Virus record (IMG/VR): IMGVR_UViG_3300036823_000041 | Location: 1-62,291 of that record | DNA from: a virus | Lineage: Duplodnaviria; Caudoviricetes | Reading direction: 5' to 3' (one strand) | Length of the DNA stretch: 62,291 nucleotides | Shown here: positions 60,827 to 62,291 of the stretch, one piece after another | Position numbering within the stretch: position 1 is the first letter of the stretch | Layout of the letters: the number at the start of each line of letters is the position of its first letter | Notes under the pieces: generated by a model | Database searches by the model: none | What the model was told of the DNA's origin: nothing | Seen by the model: the letters and a program-made list of their open reading frames with translations, nothing else | Made by a program: the position numbers and the translations under genes

Positions 60827-62291
60827 ATGGCAACCCCTGTAGTCACTCCAGCCGCTCCGGCCGCAGCCTCCGCTGCAGGTCCGGCAGCCGCCGCCGCTCC
60901 CGCCGCCGCTCCTGCGACAACTGCCACGCCGGCAACTCCTGCGGTCGCCACCCCCGCGGTTGCGCCTGCGACTACGGCAACACCGGCGCCCGATAAATTC
61001 GAGGGCATGTCGACCGAGGAGCGCATCGCCGCGACTCTCAAGGACCGGCTCGAGTTCGACGACAAGGGAAATATCACGAATGCGGACGAGGCCGTCCAGC
61101 ATCCCGAGCAGGTCGAGGAAGCGAACAAGGTCGAGGAGCCGAAGCCGGGCGAACAGGTTGAGCAGACGGCCGAAGAGAAGGCCGAAGGCGCTGCGAAGGA
61201 AGGCACCGAAGATGGCGAGGATTACTATGCGCCGAACGAGGGCATCGCGGCCAAAGACCTCCGCGCAAAGATCGAAGCAGACCCGGCGCTCAAGTCAGCG
61301 ATTGACAAGAATCCCGAGCTGCGCAATCAAATTTTCGCGAATGCACGTCTGGCCGCGCGCATAGGCGAATACGAAACCATCTTCATGTCGCCGGCCGAGG
61401 CCGCAGTCGCCGCCGAGCGGCATGGCACCTACAGCATGCTCTCCGGCCTGCTCGGCTCGGTCGACTACGCGAAGCCGGAGACAGGCGACGCATTTGCCCG
61501 CGCGCTGATCGAGCAGACCTATCTGCGCGACGAAGACGGCAACGTACTCAAGAACGACAAGGGCGCGCCGAGAACGTCGGGCGCCGTCGGTCGATTCATC
61601 AAGGGTCGTTTCGCCGTGAAGCTCGGCGGCGAGCTCGACTCGCTGCAGAGCCAGCTCGAGGACGCGCAGCGGCGCGGCGATGACGACCAGATCGAAGAGA
61701 TTTCCCGCAACATGGAGCACGCGCAATGGGTCGCGGCGAGATTTGGATTGCGCCCGACCGCCGGGGCCGAGGAAGACTCATTGCCGGAGGAAGTGAAACG
61801 GGAGAAAGCCGCGATCGCAGAGCGCACCAAGGCGCTCGACGACCGCGAAACCGCAGCCCGACAACAGCAGGCGCAAGCCTTTGACGAAGCGGTAGAGGTC
61901 GGCACCCAGAAGGTATTCGATGCCGAGCTCGAGAAGTATCTGGCGAAAGCGAGCGGACTGGACGAGCACAACCGTGCCGTTACCATCCGCAATATCAAAG
62001 TCGCCCTCTCTGAAGCGATTGACGGCAACCAGTTTTATGCGGATGCCTACGATCGCATCATGAACGCCGCGCGCGTCAATGGATTCACGCCGAAGCTGCA
62101 GCAGAAGCTCATCACTCTAAACCTGGAGACGTTGAGAGAAGCACTGCGCAAAGGGGTTGCAAAACCGGCCGTCGAGGCTGCGGGCGCTCATGTGATCGCC
62201 AAGCAGGCCGAGGCCGACACCGCACAGGCCGCTCGTGAGAGCGCGAGCCGCGGAGATACGCGCACTGCGATGGGTGGAGTTCGACCCGCTG
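60827..62291 (+). CDS. capsid scaffolding protein (3'-truncated by the window)
   Basis: MATPVVTPAAPAAASAAG... Ala/Pro/Thr-rich start, then acidic coiled coil. I found no stop before the window end, which explains its absence from the ORF track. Follows the portal. Confidence 0.65.
   Translation, partial: MATPVVTPAAPAAASAAGPAAAAAPAAAPATTATPATPAVATPAVAPATTATPAPDKFEGMSTEERIAATLKDRLEFDDKGNITNADEAVQHPEQVEEANKVEEPKPGEQVEQTAEEKAEGAAKEGTEDGEDYYAPNEGIAAKDLRAKIEADPALKSAIDKNPELRNQIFANARLAARIGEYETIFMSPAEAAVAAERHGTYSMLSGLLGSVDYAKPETGDAFARALIEQTYLRDEDGNVLKNDKGAPRTSGAVGRFIKGRFAVKLGGELDSLQSQLEDAQRRGDDDQIEEISRNMEHAQWVAARFGLRPTAGAEEDSLPEEVKREKAAIAERTKALDDRETAARQQQAQAFDEAVEVGTQKVFDAELEKYLAKASGLDEHNRAVTIRNIKVALSEAIDGNQFYADAYDRIMNAARVNGFTPKLQQKLITLNLETLREALRKGVAKPAVEAAGAHVIAKQAEADTAQAARESASRGDTRTAMGGVRPA

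Noticed and set aside
60827-60990. Ala/Pro/Thr repeats (also poly-Pro at 45478-45505 and 60440-60770) as DNA repeat elements
   Set aside because: These are low-complexity protein linkers with varied codons, not DNA-level repeats.
1-62291. tRNA genes, integrase/att site, reverse transcriptase or diversity-generating retroelement
   Set aside because: I saw no cloverleaf with a T-loop consensus, no recombinase or RT motifs, and no template/variable repeat pair by eye. tRNAscan-SE and a self dot-plot would be needed to exclude them formally.

Overview
The whole window is a GC-rich tailed dsDNA phage or prophage genome segment, probably podovirus-like. I infer this because it has ejection-protein genes and no tape-measure or sheath gene. 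Both ends cut genes. Layout: (1) 1-15253, tail and internal/ejection proteins, ending in a 3316-aa polyvalent protein with FtsK-gamma-like, GGDEF-like, ParB-like and degenerate zincin modules; (2) 15283-17808, small terminase plus a large terminase split into ATPase and nuclease genes; (3) 17882-29892, a leftward recombination arm (HerA-like ATPase, Rad50-like ATPase, Cas4-like nuclease, probable annealing protein, HNHs, Arc-like repressor); (4) 30060-44945, a rightward replication/accessory arm (initiator with iterons, Fis-like HTH, ASCH, DNA methyltransferase, Acb2/Tad1-like protein, many small ORFs); (5) 45053-62291, late genes (five signal-peptide-bearing spike/fibre-like proteins, lysis genes, portal, scaffold). 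I saw no integrase, tRNA, CRISPR array or reverse transcriptase. The best candidates for new biology are: four SD-led small genes nested in the +1 frame of the giant gene's linkers; a duplicated C-terminal-motif/N-terminal-PDLLDDV 'connector' that may daisy-chain the ejection proteins; a late operon of exported, Cys-rich tailspike-like proteins; and a regulatory layer made of a TTTTGGTATGAGT late motif, GTACAC-N5-GTGTAC operators and a candidate sRNA antisense to a shared GGAGGCACC ribosome-binding site. All family calls come from motif recognition by eye; no searches were run.
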